Of a stretch of 64,000 bases of DNA, positions 48,874 to 60,200 are shown piece by piece. Both the position numbers and the translations under genes were made by a program. Every line of letters begins with the position of its first letter. Within the stretch, counting starts at the first letter, position 1. The stretch is taken from assembly GCA_012522795.1 (NCBI GenBank), contig JAAYJT010000031.1, forward strand, positions 9,398 through 73,397, given 5' to 3'. The DNA comes from Bacteroidales bacterium (lineage in GTDB: Bacteria > Bacteroidota > Bacteroidia > Bacteroidales > JAAYJT01). The notes under the pieces are model-generated. The model did no database searches. It saw only the letters and a list, made by a program, of their open reading frames with translations, and had not been told where the DNA came from.

Positions 48874-51800
48874 TCATCTTATCACTTCTACCCACATTCC
48901 TTTATCGTACGAATGAATATTCTGATTATACATGGCTTCAACTGAAGGAGCAGGCAGATAAAAGTGTCCGGCATAAGCAGCCATTAATGATATTTTGAAA
49001 ACCTTCTTCTGGTTCACTCCCAGATCAAAATACGTCAGCACCCTGTCGTCACGAATATCCTGATGCAAAAATGATGAAGATTTTGTGGTTTCCATATCAA
49101 ACAATCGCTGATTTCTAATTTCCCACCCTGACGGAAAAATCTGATTAAGTATCAGGTCGGACAACTGAGAGTTCGTAGCTAAATTGCTAACTGTAACCTC
49201 AGCAATGAAATCAGTACCGGATTTTATCCTGCGAACATCAATTTCACCACCTTCCAGGCCAAGATAGCGTACTGATACCCTGATATTGTTCTCGGATGCA
49301 ATCTCATCACCCGGGGCGGGAATGCCCTTTGTAAATAATCTGACATACAATGGAGCATTAATGTCATTCTGAACCAGTATGCTGCCACTTTCTTTCGCAG
49401 ATATTAAACTGACTTCTGAAATAGTATTATTTGCTTTTACAGCCACAGGCTTAGCGTTATCAAGGCTATAACTTGCTTTGATTGAATGACTTGTAGTTTC
49501 ACCAGCCTTATACTTTGAAACAGCTATCAATGAGTAAGCAGTGGTTTGGGTGCTCATCCATAAGCCGGAGCTGAGAGCCTGACTGACCTCTTTAAGTAAT
49601 TCAAAGGCTTTTTGACGTTCGTTGAGATAAACCAATGTTTCAAGTATCATAGCACGATCTCTGGTAGCTGAGCCATAGGTTTCAGAAAGTTCAGTATATT
49701 CTTTTACCTTACTGTCAAGGCCATTGATAATATTATTCGATATTTTTTTCTGACCTATAAGTGCATAAGCTGCTGCCAGCCTCCATGATGCAGCCACTGA
49801 CAGATCAGTGCGTTCGCGCAAACGATTCATAGCCCCCGTTTCAGGAGATTTTGCCATAGTAAGCGTAAACAAGCGATATGCCTGTACCAGATCAGGCTGA
49901 CTGTATGCATAACGTGTTGACTTAGTTGTTTTACCCCATGCACGAGCAGCAACCTGCTGATAACCAAGCCATTGTTTTTTAACTCCAGGAGGTAGCGCAT
50001 AACCAAGCGCCTCAGCTTCAAGCATAAAATGTCCGGCATAAGTAGTAGCCCATTCATCGGTAAATCTCCCTCCTGCCCAGGTTGAAAAACTACCATCCGG
50101 CAATTGAAAAGATTTCAAACGGCTAAGAGCCGCTTTTATATTATTCTCTGTACGTTGCTTTTCTGCTTCGTCAAGATTGGTTAAATGACCTAAAAATAAT
50201 TGCGGGAAAGCAATTGAAGTTATTTGCTCCAGACAACCATGCGGATAACCGAGAAGATACTTCAGACGTGATGTAAGATCAATTGGTGGCATAGTACTGA
50301 GTTCCATCCAAAGGCTATTGGTACCCGGCAAACCAAAAAATGCGTAATCCAGCGTACCATTTTTGCTGGATTCAAGAAGCATATTTCTGGTGATAACCTG
50401 TTCAGTATTCGGATTTCTTACTCCTATTTCAATATCATGCGAGGCAGTTTCATTGCCTGAAATAGCCGTAACATTTATTTTTCCAATTCCAGCCCGGTTC
50501 GCAGTTTTCAATTCAAAAAACACAGTTTTATCGCCTGAGTTAGAAAATTCAATATTTTTACTTTCCACCCTGCCGGCAAACATATCATTCACCTGAACAT
50601 TTACTGTTACATTACGCTGTTTGCTATCCATTGAAAAAACTGTAACCGGAAGACTAAATGTTTCATTAGGTCCTAAAACCCGGGGCATGGTCGCCAATAC
50701 CATCAATGATTTGCGTACCGGGGTCTGTTTATGAGCAAAGCCGTACGCCTGACGATTGCCCGCAACCACCATGGTTCTGACTGAACCAATATACTGCGGC
50801 AGCTCAATATTTATTTCCTGTTTTTGTTTTGGTTTTATTGTAAATGGTCCTAAAAATTTCACAACAGGTTTGAACCTGTTAGCCAGATTAGCATCTTCAG
50901 CAAACACAAATTCATCGCCACCTATGCTGAACAATTGTTCGAATTTGCCTCCAAATGCCCCTATCACGTAATCATAAATATCCCAGGATCGCACGCCCAA
51001 AGCCTCACGGGCAAAAAACTTTTCCCAAGGATCAGGGGTTTTAAAACGGGTAAGACTAAGAAGTCCTTCGTCAACAATGGCAAGGGTATAAGTCATTTCC
51101 TTTCCGGTTTCCTCAAAAACAGTGATTTTAAAAGGCTTTTCGGGTTCAAGCACATCGGGCATTGAAATTACTGGCTGCAGATGTGTTGAAGGATCATCAA
51201 CCATTATGGGTAAAATGCCATACAAACGAACCGGAAGGTCATTAACAGTCTGAGAATGAGGTTGAATCAAACTGATATGAATATATGCATTGGGTATCAT
51301 TTCATGGGTGATTGACAATTCGGCTGTAGTTTCGTTATCCTTAGTATTAACCCTGAATATGTCAATGACCCGGGTTCCGTTTTCAATGCTGATAATTGCC
51401 GATCCTCCTTCTGAGGAAGGGAATGTTATTTTTGCCCTGTCGCCGGGTTTATATTTTTCCTGATCGGTTGTGAAAGTAAGCATTGTTGCTCCATCTGCCA
51501 CTGAACGTTTTGGGCGCCCGGCAGTAGAAGGCCAGTCAAAGAACCACATTTCACCTGTGCTATGACCGCTTACCGGGTCAGACACTTTTACATAAAAGCG
51601 TCCCCAATCGTTGTCAGGAATCTTTAAACTAAAAGACCCCTTGCCATCCTGCACAGTAGCAGTTTTGGTATAATAAGGTTTTACTTCATATTGCCTCATG
51701 TACTGTGCAATATTGTGCTCATAGGCATTCCACCACCAGTTCCAGTCAATTTTATAAACCTCTATATCCAGTTTCCTGTTATTTACAGGAGAACCATCAG

Positions 51801-54501
51801 CAAATAAAGATGCAATCTGAATTTTATATTCCCTGTCAGTGTCGAGCATTCTGTAACGGTTCATCTCCGGTGTTTTTATACCTGCATAGGCGGTATATGG
51901 TGAAAATTGCTTTTCAATGCCATCAATACTGAACTCACCACCTCCTTCAAATACACGGGTTGTAAAAAAAGCTTTGAGCATTCCAGGAGCATTGGTAATT
52001 TTTGCCAATTCAATATTAAATGTTGCAATACCACGCTCATCGAGTTTGTTGTTGAAAACTGTTTTTTCTTCAGAAGCAAATATCTTTTCAGGATCATCAA
52101 AGGTATAAGTCTCCCAGCCCTTAAACCGTGTTTTTACCGGACTTAAACGCAAATTAACATCTGCCCTGAGATTGTGTGCCGCAGCTCCGTGCAGCCATTC
52201 GGCTTTAAGAGTTGCACGGGTAGCAGGCTGATGCGTAAGAATATGGCGGTCGAAATCAAGATCAATTTTTAAACGATTAGGTTTTATGCTTTCAATTTTT
52301 ATTCTCTGTTTGAACTCTGCACCGCCAACTTTCACAACAGCAGTCCAATTTCCAGTGGGAGCATCGTGTGCTGTACGGGTTATAAAAGTATAAAACCCAT
52401 TATTGCCCTGGGCTTTGGTAATTCGGTCATGTATCTGCCCTAAAGGATTCAGTAATTCAAAATTAACAGGATGATCAGCAGGCAAAATATTGTTTTTATC
52501 CTCAAGTATAAAACTCAGAAACAAAGTGTCGCCAGGGCGCCACACACCACGTTCCCCATAGATGAAGCCCTTTAATCCCTGCTGAACAACATCGCCCGAA
52601 ACATCAAAATTACTTACTGATAAAGCCACATTTTCTGATAATTTCAAATACGACCTTTGTTTGTCCTGTTTCGCGATCAGCAAAAATGGTTTGCCATCAG
52701 GTTCAAGAACAGCCATCCCCTGATCGTTAGTACGCCCTTCAGCAATAAGCTGATTCTGATAATTATATACTTCTGTTACCACATTTTGCATTGGGCGGGT
52801 AGTAATCAGATCAGAAACCAGAACAAAAAGTTTTCCGTCGCCACCCTGTTTTGCTATTATACCAAGGTCAGAAGCAAGTATGTTGCGTCTTACTGATTTA
52901 TCCCTGTTATAATACTGCGGATAACACGGATCATTGCGTCTTTGATACCATGTTTCGTAATCCACATAATCATAATCATCATATTCATAATAATAATCGC
53001 TATAATACCAGTACGAAGCATCATCATATGTTTGTGATTCCTTTTCAAAATCAGCTTTATCAATTGCATCCAACTCCGATTGCGAAGGCAGTGAATTTGA
53101 TTCAGCACAGGGAAAGGTTGAATGTATCCTTTTGAACGACAGCTCAATGCGATAAATAGCTCCCGGATCAGGCTGGATCATATCTGCCAGATCGAGCGAA
53201 AATGTATTCCAGCGATTAAGATCAAGCAATTCCTGTTGATTAAGAAGTATTGTCTTTTTCAGTATCAGCCTTCCGGCTCTTTTTAACTCACCACTGTCTC
53301 CAAGATCATTTATTTGTAGAAAAAACGGAATATTCTGTTCAAAAAGTTTTACTACACGCATTTCAACTGCCCGCAGGCTTATAGCCCTGAAAGGTAAAAC
53401 CAGCCCTTCAGACCCGGGTAAAATAACACCTTTGCCCGGAATACTGACCTCAGGTCTGGCATGGTTAAAGTAAATAACTTTACTTATCTCGTTATTTAGC
53501 CTGCGACCTTCAAAGTTTTTCAGCGCTGCTTCAACACTCAGCACAAAATCGCCTTCAGTCTGTGATAAAGGATTGACAATAATAACATTATGATTAACAG
53601 TAACAGAAATATCCTTGTGTTTTTTTTGCTCTTTCTGCTCAATAAGGCTGATAAGCCCGTTAAAATCCTGTTTTTCATCAATTGGATCAGAAAAGCGGAT
53701 TATTGCCTTTTGTTCGGGCAAATTCTTAACGGTGATATCAATTACGGAAAAAACATCTTTAGCAGGAATATTTACTTCATCGGTTTCCTGAGTGCTTATA
53801 TTCAATGGCTTGCCATTCCAATTTAATTTAAATGTATAATCACTGGCAAGGCGTGGAATACTATCAATTTCAAAGCGGTGTACATGACCTCCGGCATCAT
53901 GTTCCCAGATCACAGGATAAGAAGTATTTGCAGTCTGAGCTTCCAGCATTTTTTCAACAGTCATTGGTTCAACAAAGTCAGCAGTTCGCAAAACTCCGTG
54001 TAATGCGTAGAGATCATTACGATTTTTATGTTTTGAAACCAAACCTTCAATTTCACTTAAAAACCCCTGACGTATAGTCCGGAAACTAAAATCAAAGCTT
54101 TTTATATCTGAGGCAATTTCCGGTAACTCCAACAATAAAAAAGAAGCCTGATAAACTGTTGATGAAGGCAATGTTTTGGCAGGGCGAAATTCAATAGTGC
54201 GACTGTCAACCCAAAAGGCTTCGCCCTCAATGGAGGGCTTGAATTTAAAAACTTTTCTGCCTACGAGAGTATCTGCAGTATGAGCCCCGGGGTAATTCTC
54301 CGACAATACAACACGAATGTATGACTGCCCCGAAATGGTTCCTGAAGTATATGCAGAGACTAAAGGATGAAATGGGGGTATTTTATCTTTTGCAGGTTGC
54401 ACGCAGGTGCTGAAACAAAAAACAATGGCTGTAAGAATCAATAAGCTGTACAAGTTGCCTTTAGGAATTTTCATAGCTATCAGGGTTAAAATTGAAGGCA
54501 T
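48874..54501 (-). CDS. bacterial alpha-2-macroglobulin lipoprotein (start likely ATG 54474)
   Basis: ERGVWRPGD, AIVDEGLL, thioester motif YPHGCLEQ, DIRDDRV, VEAMY; lipobox FSTC. Confidence 0.93.
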   Translation of the reverse strand: MPSILTLIAMKIPKGNLYSLLILTAIVFCFSTCVQPAKDKIPPFHPLVSAYTSGTISGQSYIRVVLSENYPGAHTADTLVGRKVFKFKPSIEGEAFWVDSRTIEFRPAKTLPSSTVYQASFLLLELPEIASDIKSFDFSFRTIRQGFLSEIEGLVSKHKNRNDLYALHGVLRTADFVEPMTVEKMLEAQTANTSYPVIWEHDAGGHVHRFEIDSIPRLASDYTFKLNWNGKPLNISTQETDEVNIPAKDVFSVIDITVKNLPEQKAIIRFSDPIDEKQDFNGLISLIEQKEQKKHKDISVTVNHNVIIVNPLSQTEGDFVLSVEAALKNFEGRRLNNEISKVIYFNHARPEVSIPGKGVILPGSEGLVLPFRAISLRAVEMRVVKLFEQNIPFFLQINDLGDSGELKRAGRLILKKTILLNQQELLDLNRWNTFSLDLADMIQPDPGAIYRIELSFKRIHSTFPCAESNSLPSQSELDAIDKADFEKESQTYDDASYWYYSDYYYEYDDYDYVDYETWYQRRNDPCYPQYYNRDKSVRRNILASDLGIIAKQGGDGKLFVLVSDLITTRPMQNVVTEVYNYQNQLIAEGRTNDQGMAVLEPDGKPFLLIAKQDKQRSYLKLSENVALSVSNFDVSGDVVQQGLKGFIYGERGVWRPGDTLFLSFILEDKNNILPADHPVNFELLNPLGQIHDRITKAQGNNGFYTFITRTAHDAPTGNWTAVVKVGGAEFKQRIKIESIKPNRLKIDLDFDRHILTHQPATRATLKAEWLHGAAAHNLRADVNLRLSPVKTRFKGWETYTFDDPEKIFASEEKTVFNNKLDERGIATFNIELAKITNAPGMLKAFFTTRVFEGGGEFSIDGIEKQFSPYTAYAGIKTPEMNRYRMLDTDREYKIQIASLFADGSPVNNRKLDIEVYKIDWNWWWNAYEHNIAQYMRQYEVKPYYTKTATVQDGKGSFSLKIPDNDWGRFYVKVSDPVSGHSTGEMWFFDWPSTAGRPKRSVADGATMLTFTTDQEKYKPGDRAKITFPSSEGGSAIISIENGTRVIDIFRVNTKDNETTAELSITHEMIPNAYIHISLIQPHSQTVNDLPVRLYGILPIMVDDPSTHLQPVISMPDVLEPEKPFKITVFEETGKEMTYTLAIVDEGLLSLTRFKTPDPWEKFFAREALGVRSWDIYDYVIGAFGGKFEQLFSIGGDEFVFAEDANLANRFKPVVKFLGPFTIKPKQKQEINIELPQYIGSVRTMVVAGNRQAYGFAHKQTPVRKSLMVLATMPRVLGPNETFSLPVTVFSMDSKQRNVTVNVQVNDMFAGRVESKNIEFSNSGDKTVFFELKTANRAGIGKINVTAISGNETASHDIEIGVRNPNTEQVITRNMLLESSKNGTLDYAFFGLPGTNSLWMELSTMPPIDLTSRLKYLLGYPHGCLEQITSIAFPQLFLGHLTNLDEAEKQRTENNIKAALSRLKSFQLPDGSFSTWAGGRFTDEWATTYAGHFMLEAEALGYALPPGVKKQWLGYQQVAARAWGKTTKSTRYAYSQPDLVQAYRLFTLTMAKSPETGAMNRLRERTDLSVAASWRLAAAYALIGQKKISNNIINGLDSKVKEYTELSETYGSATRDRAMILETLVYLNERQKAFELLKEVSQALSSGLWMSTQTTAYSLIAVSKYKAGETTSHSIKASYSLDNAKPVAVKANNTISEVSLISAKESGSILVQNDINAPLYVRLFTKGIPAPGDEIASENNIRVSVRYLGLEGGEIDVRRIKSGTDFIAEVTVSNLATNSQLSDLILNQIFPSGWEIRNQRLFDMETTKSSSFLHQDIRDDRVLTYFDLGVNQKKVFKISLMAAYAGHFYLPAPSVEAMYNQNIHSYDKGMWVEVIR

Positions 54502-54606
54502 AAAGATACAGTTAAATACAAAAGAAAAAGCACTTAATGAACATAATTAGTATGAGATGTTATCAGTAATAAAAGGCAAATAAGAATATCATAATTTATG
54601 AACATC

Positions 54607-55527
54607 CTATTTTTCAACGATTTGCAAAACATATTCCAGCTTTTTATCCATGCACCACTCTCCCGGAAGCCAGTGTATAGTGAAGCCTTTACGCTCCATA
54701 CGTCTGAACCAGGTTGTCTGCCTCTTGGCAAACTGATGTATTGCAGTATTCAGCAGACTGAACATTTCATCATAAGAAATAATTCCGGTAACATAACGGG
54801 TTATATAGCGGTATTCTAGCCCGTAAAAATCAAGTTTTTCAGCACTGACACCGGAACTAAGCAAATCCTTAACTTCATTTATCATCCCTTCACCCATTCT
54901 GTTTTTCAGCCTTTGTGTGATCCTTTGCCGGAGCTTACTGCGATCGTATGCAATTCCAAAAATTAGGGAATGGATCTCAGGCAAAGTAGATATTTGGGGT
55001 TTCTTTTCATTCTCAAAAACAGCTATTTCAATAGCCCGTATTGTTCGATTCCGATCTGTGGTATCGGTAATATTATGCAAAGGTTTGATATTCCTGAGCT
55101 TTTCAGCCAGTTCTTCCAGACTTTTATGTTTTAGTTCAGCTCTTAGCTCATCATTTTGCGGAACACTTTCCATGCGATAGGCTCCCAGTACCGATTCAAT
55201 GTATAATCCTGTGCCTCCACACATAACAGGTATCCTGCCACGTTTGATGATATCATTATAAACCCTGATAAAATCCTGCTGATATCGAAAAACATTGTAT
55301 TCTTCGCCGGGGTCAGCAATATCAATCAAATGATAAGGAACAAGCTCACCATCAACCTCATAATCACTATAATCCTTACCTGTTCCCAGATCCATGCCTT
55401 TGTAAACCTGGCGCGAATCAGCACTGATAACTTCTCCATTGATACGGTTTGCCAGCAATGCTGCCAGACGCGTTTTGCCGGAAGCTGTTGGACCTAGTAT
55501 AGTTATAAGATTTATCATTATTTGCAA
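54607..55527 (-). CDS. miaA: tRNA dimethylallyltransferase (GTGKD-type paralog)
   Basis: GPTASGKT, SADSRQVY, CGGTGLY, FAKRQTTWFR. Confidence 0.9.
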   Translation of the reverse strand: MQIMINLITILGPTASGKTRLAALLANRINGEVISADSRQVYKGMDLGTGKDYSDYEVDGELVPYHLIDIADPGEEYNVFRYQQDFIRVYNDIIKRGRIPVMCGGTGLYIESVLGAYRMESVPQNDELRAELKHKSLEELAEKLRNIKPLHNITDTTDRNRTIRAIEIAVFENEKKPQISTLPEIHSLIFGIAYDRSKLRQRITQRLKNRMGEGMINEVKDLLSSGVSAEKLDFYGLEYRYITRYVTGIISYDEMFSLLNTAIHQFAKRQTTWFRRMERKGFTIHWLPGEWCMDKKLEYVLQIVEK

Positions 55528-55545
55528 TTGTCAGGGTTAAGAAAT

Positions 55546-56838
55546 TTATTGATACTCAGATAAATACTTGATTCCTTTCTGATATTCATTTTCTTCCAGA
55601 ACCAGATAATCCCTGATTTCATTAAGCAAACCAATCTCCGCTTTGCTGAAAGAAAAATCTGCTTCGCTCTGAATGGTTCTTAAAATATCGGCATCAGGGA
55701 AAAAGGTTTCCAAAAAACTCACAAGATTTTTCTCATTATTTTCAGTCGCTTGCCTTTGTTTCCATTTTAAATATTGCAATACACGCAGTCCATCAATTTT
55801 TTGATGACAAGCCCGCACAAAATTTTTTAAAGAACCAGCATTACTTCGTAACTTCTCCCAGATATCCTCTTCAGGAAAAGTCATTTCTAAAAAATCATCC
55901 ATAGGAGTTTTAATCTGAGTTGCAAACAACCCGGTAAATAACTGATATGTAGCCATTATTTCATCAAACCAGACATGCCTGTATATTGGATAACTGCTCC
56001 AATCGCCGGCAGCACCTTTTATCATGGCAGGACCTGTACCAAAGTATACCCGATCAGAAAATCGTGCAGCGGGATAAACCTTTTCTGAGTTCCAGGTCAG
56101 GATTTTACCTTTTTTACGAAGTTTCTGAAGAAAATAAAAATCCTCACCGCTCATTTTAGGAGTAATACCTCCTATACTTTTATAATCCTTAACCCTTAAT
56201 GCTATTGCCGAACCCAATGCAGTAAACGCATAGGGGCTTCCAATCCTGAAAAGGTTAATTACATAGTAACGCATATAAATTTCGTAACGAAGTATTGCAC
56301 GATCAGCTTTTTCATCACCGGTTAGCCGGTGATAATACGGAACAGCAAGAGCAACAGCTTGAGGATGTTTTTGCAGGTTCTTGACTACTGTATCAAAATA
56401 AGATGGATTAAAACCAGTATCAGCATCCAGTGAAATTATAATACTGTCATCATCAGCAACTTTTGCTATTGCTTCCATTACTTCCCTGCGTGCATACCCC
56501 ACTCCATGCTTTCTTCCTATCCATCCTTTTCCTGCTGAGCTTTTGTCAATTAATGTTATACATGGAGTGTGAAGATTTGACAAAAACTCAAGACTACGTT
56601 TATTATCGTTACAAACAGCTATTTTCCCTAGATCCTTCCACCAGCTCTCAGGTTGATTCACACAGATATAAACCATTACCCTACCTTTATAATCCTGATT
56701 TTTTATACTCTCAATCAAAGCCGGCAGATTACTGAACTCATTCAGAACAGGCATGGCTATATAAACGTCAGGATAAGAATAAGACATAGTGTACAGGGTA
56801 TGCTCAATTATAACTATAGTTCGCAGACAGAAATTCAA
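55546..56838 (-). CDS. glycosyltransferase family 2 (GT-A); start likely ATG 56787
   Basis: IAMPVLNE, GVGYAR, SLDADT (DxD), GEDFYF. Confidence 0.8.
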   Translation of the reverse strand: MNFCLRTIVIIEHTLYTMSYSYPDVYIAMPVLNEFSNLPALIESIKNQDYKGRVMVYICVNQPESWWKDLGKIAVCNDNKRSLEFLSNLHTPCITLIDKSSAGKGWIGRKHGVGYARREVMEAIAKVADDDSIIISLDADTGFNPSYFDTVVKNLQKHPQAVALAVPYYHRLTGDEKADRAILRYEIYMRYYVINLFRIGSPYAFTALGSAIALRVKDYKSIGGITPKMSGEDFYFLQKLRKKGKILTWNSEKVYPAARFSDRVYFGTGPAMIKGAAGDWSSYPIYRHVWFDEIMATYQLFTGLFATQIKTPMDDFLEMTFPEEDIWEKLRSNAGSLKNFVRACHQKIDGLRVLQYLKWKQRQATENNEKNLVSFLETFFPDADILRTIQSEADFSFSKAEIGLLNEIRDYLVLEENEYQKGIKYLSEYQ

Positions 56839-56845
56839 TAAATGA

Positions 56846-56853
56846 CAAAAATA
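56846..56853 (-). promoter_or_regulatory. sigmaA -7 element TATTTTTG for GT2-miaA
   Basis: TAnnTTTG; its position favours the 56787 start. Confidence 0.5.
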
Positions 56854-57151
56854 ATAAAAAGGCTGACCGCTGATTAAGAATCAGGTATTACCGGTAAAAT
56901 TAATTTCCAGTATCTGCCCGTTCTCAAAAGCCAGAAAAAGTAACCGGATCTACTCTGAGTTTCTTAAAACAAAGCTTTAATTAAAATCACTTAAAAAACA
57001 GTATATCAACCATTACCCCTAAAATCCCGATCATATATTTAAGGCAGATATTCAGCAAAGCTTTGTTTTCAGTGTATAGTGCGATTTTTTTATTAAAATA
57101 AAAAAAGAAAATTTATTTTCAAATGCTAATGCTTTTTTGAAAAAACACAAC

Positions 57152-57159
57152 TATATTTG
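57152..57159 (+). promoter_or_regulatory. sigmaA -7 element TATATTTG for the giant secreted protein
   Basis: TAnnTTTG about 95 nt upstream of ATG 57255. Confidence 0.55.
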
Positions 57160-57254
57160 TAAGGTTATTTTAAAAATAAGCCAGACCATCATAAAACATT
57201 ACATAAATAAAAGACACAAGAATTAAAAACATTAATCATTAAAACCGGGAAATC

Positions 57255-60200
57255 ATGAAAAAAAAACTTACCCTCACTTTCGCTATGCTTTTTTGCATAA
57301 TCATCGCACATGCCCAGGTTGCTGAATACTTCTTTACCCAGCAGCAACTTACGTACACTGAAATCACCGGAGGAACTGTATTATGGTCAAACACATTTAA
57401 TGATCAAATTTCTGACCCCATCAGTATTCCTTCATTTACTTTTAACAAAACAACCTATACTTCGTTGTATATTTCTGCAAATGGTTTTATCACTTTTGGA
57501 GCGGCACCTTTACCTAACAATTATCTACCAATAAGCTACTTAAGCACAAGCTATACGGGGGCAATATCAGCATTCGGGTGCAATTTAACTCAGGCAGACC
57601 AGGGTACTCCCGAGGTAAGATATCAGCAGGTAGGCAATGAATTTGTAATACAATGGAAAGATGTCGGAAGATATAATACTTCATCAGATATCATTAGCTT
57701 TCAGATACGTTTAAATACAAGCAATAGCAACATAAGCATCGTATATGGTGGCACAATAAATCCGGGGGCATCCTCAAGTCAACCACAGGTTGGAATAAGA
57801 GGTGAAAATGCACAGGATTATAACAGCCGTAGAATTAACTCTAACACTGGAGACTGGATCAATTCAAGTAAAAGTACAAATGTCTCTCATACTATGTATT
57901 TCCATAGTAGTTATCCGGCAACAGTACCTTCACCCGGTTTAACCTTTAGCTGGTTCCCTTTGTACAATCCGTCTGATTTTACTGCTTATGCTATTGACCT
58001 TAATAAAGTAGAAGTTAACTGGGAGAAAAATTTATCAAACAATAATGTATTGCTTGTAGTTCATACTTCTTCATATTTCTTTAGCGCACCAGAAAACGGC
58101 ACTTCATATCCTGTGGGAAGTACTACTCCTGATTATGCTACTGTAATTTATTCCGGTGAAAATACTAGTTTCCAGCATATCGACCTTATTCCCGGAACTG
58201 AATATTATTATAAAATATGGTCGTATGATGCTGCATTAAACTATTCAACTGGGGTTACTACCTCATGTTATACAGGATTTGCCATACCTTACTTACAGAA
58301 TTTTGAAAATTATTCAGTAACGCCAGGATGGCAAGGCGATATGTCAAGGCTCAATTTACATGGAACAGCCGAAAGTTATGCATTAACTAAAAGAATTAAT
58401 TCTGTTGAAGGTGGATATGCAATAACACCAGTGGTGGGGCCTGTTCAAAACAATCATTATCTTAGTTTTCATTACCGCATAGTTGATTATTACGGTTACC
58501 CTGAATTGGCAACAACACTGGAGCCAGGCAATAAAATTGATATCAAAGTATCAACTAACAACGGAACAACTTATAATACCATTTACACTATTGATCATAC
58601 CAATCATATAGCTTCTACCAATTTCAGCAATAAATTCTTTGATCTATCATCATTCAACTCTTCATTCATTGAAATAAAGTTTGATGTCACATGGGCTTCG
58701 GGTGATTATTATTTCGATCTCGACAATGTTCTTATTGAATCAGGAGCAAATATGTCGTATTCAGGCGCAATTGTTGAACAGCCAAACGTGAGTATGGCAG
58801 GTATAGGAGTCACGAATAATGAAATCATAAGGTTAAATGTAATAACCAACAAGCTTAATAATCCACTTTCAGTAACTTCAATTAATTTTAATACTACGGG
58901 TTCATCAAATGCCAATAATGATATAGCTGCTGCAAAAGTTTTCTATACAACAGAACCAGTATTTTCAACTGCAACACAATTTGGCGCAACCCAGGACAAC
59001 CCCTCAGGAGCATTTACCATAACCGGCAATCTGCCTTTATTGGGTTCAAACAATTATTTCTGGCTTGCCTATGATATAAAAAGTACAGCAACACCAGGAA
59101 ATGTTGTTGACGCACAATGTCTGAAATTTGTATTCACCAGCCCACAAACCGAAAAAACACCTACAAAACAAAATCCAGCCGGGAACAGAAAGCTGGGGAA
59201 TCCAATAAGCGGTATTAAAAACATTCCAGGAGATTTTGGAAGCATTGCTGCTGCTGTTAATGCCTTAAACTCTCATTTTATCGGAGAAGGAGGTGTGACT
59301 TTCCAAGTAGCTGCAGGTCACACTGAACAATCCACATCTGATATCCTATTAACAGCTTCGGGTACCGAAACAAGACCCATTATATTTAAAAAACATGGTG
59401 CTGGGACTAATCCATTAGTTACGCGAACCGATGCAGGTACAGTCAATGGCTATTCTGCCGGCTCGCGTGGAGACGGAATAATCATAATACAGGGAGGTGA
59501 TTATATAACTTTTGATGCTATTGATGTAAAAGCCGAACTTCCCGGGATTGATTATGGTTACTATCTGAGGAAAGAGTCTCCGACTGACGGTTGCAAGCAC
59601 GTTACAATAAAAAACTGTAACATCACCATGAATAAAGGAGAGGTTCGTCTGGTATCAGGTATTCATCTCTCAAACAACGGTCCAACTACAGATCAAGTAA
59701 GTATCACCTCACCAACCGGAACTCACTCATTTATAACTTTCACCGGAAACACTATTAAAAATGTGTATTTTGGAATATACATGAAAGGACATTCTACATA
59801 TTATGACAATGATATTGTTATAGGAACAGAATTATCGCCCAACACTATACAAGATTTTGGAAGCAGCAGTTCTTTTGAAGCTCATGGAATTTATATTGAA
59901 AATGCGCATAACACTGATGTAGGATATAATAACATCAATAATACTGCCGGTGGTGGTACTGAATTTTCATACAATGGTTATGGAATCTCCAATAAAAACT
60001 CAATTCAGGGAGCCATTAATATCCATCATAATACGATTACATTAAAAAGCAAGAAAAGTTTATTTTATGGTATTTATAATACAGGAACCGGAACCTCAAA
60101 AATTGAATCTAACACTATTAACTTATCAAATACTGAAACCGGAGCTCCATCAATTTATTTTATTAGCAATAATCCGCAATCAGCTTCTTCATCCAACTTG

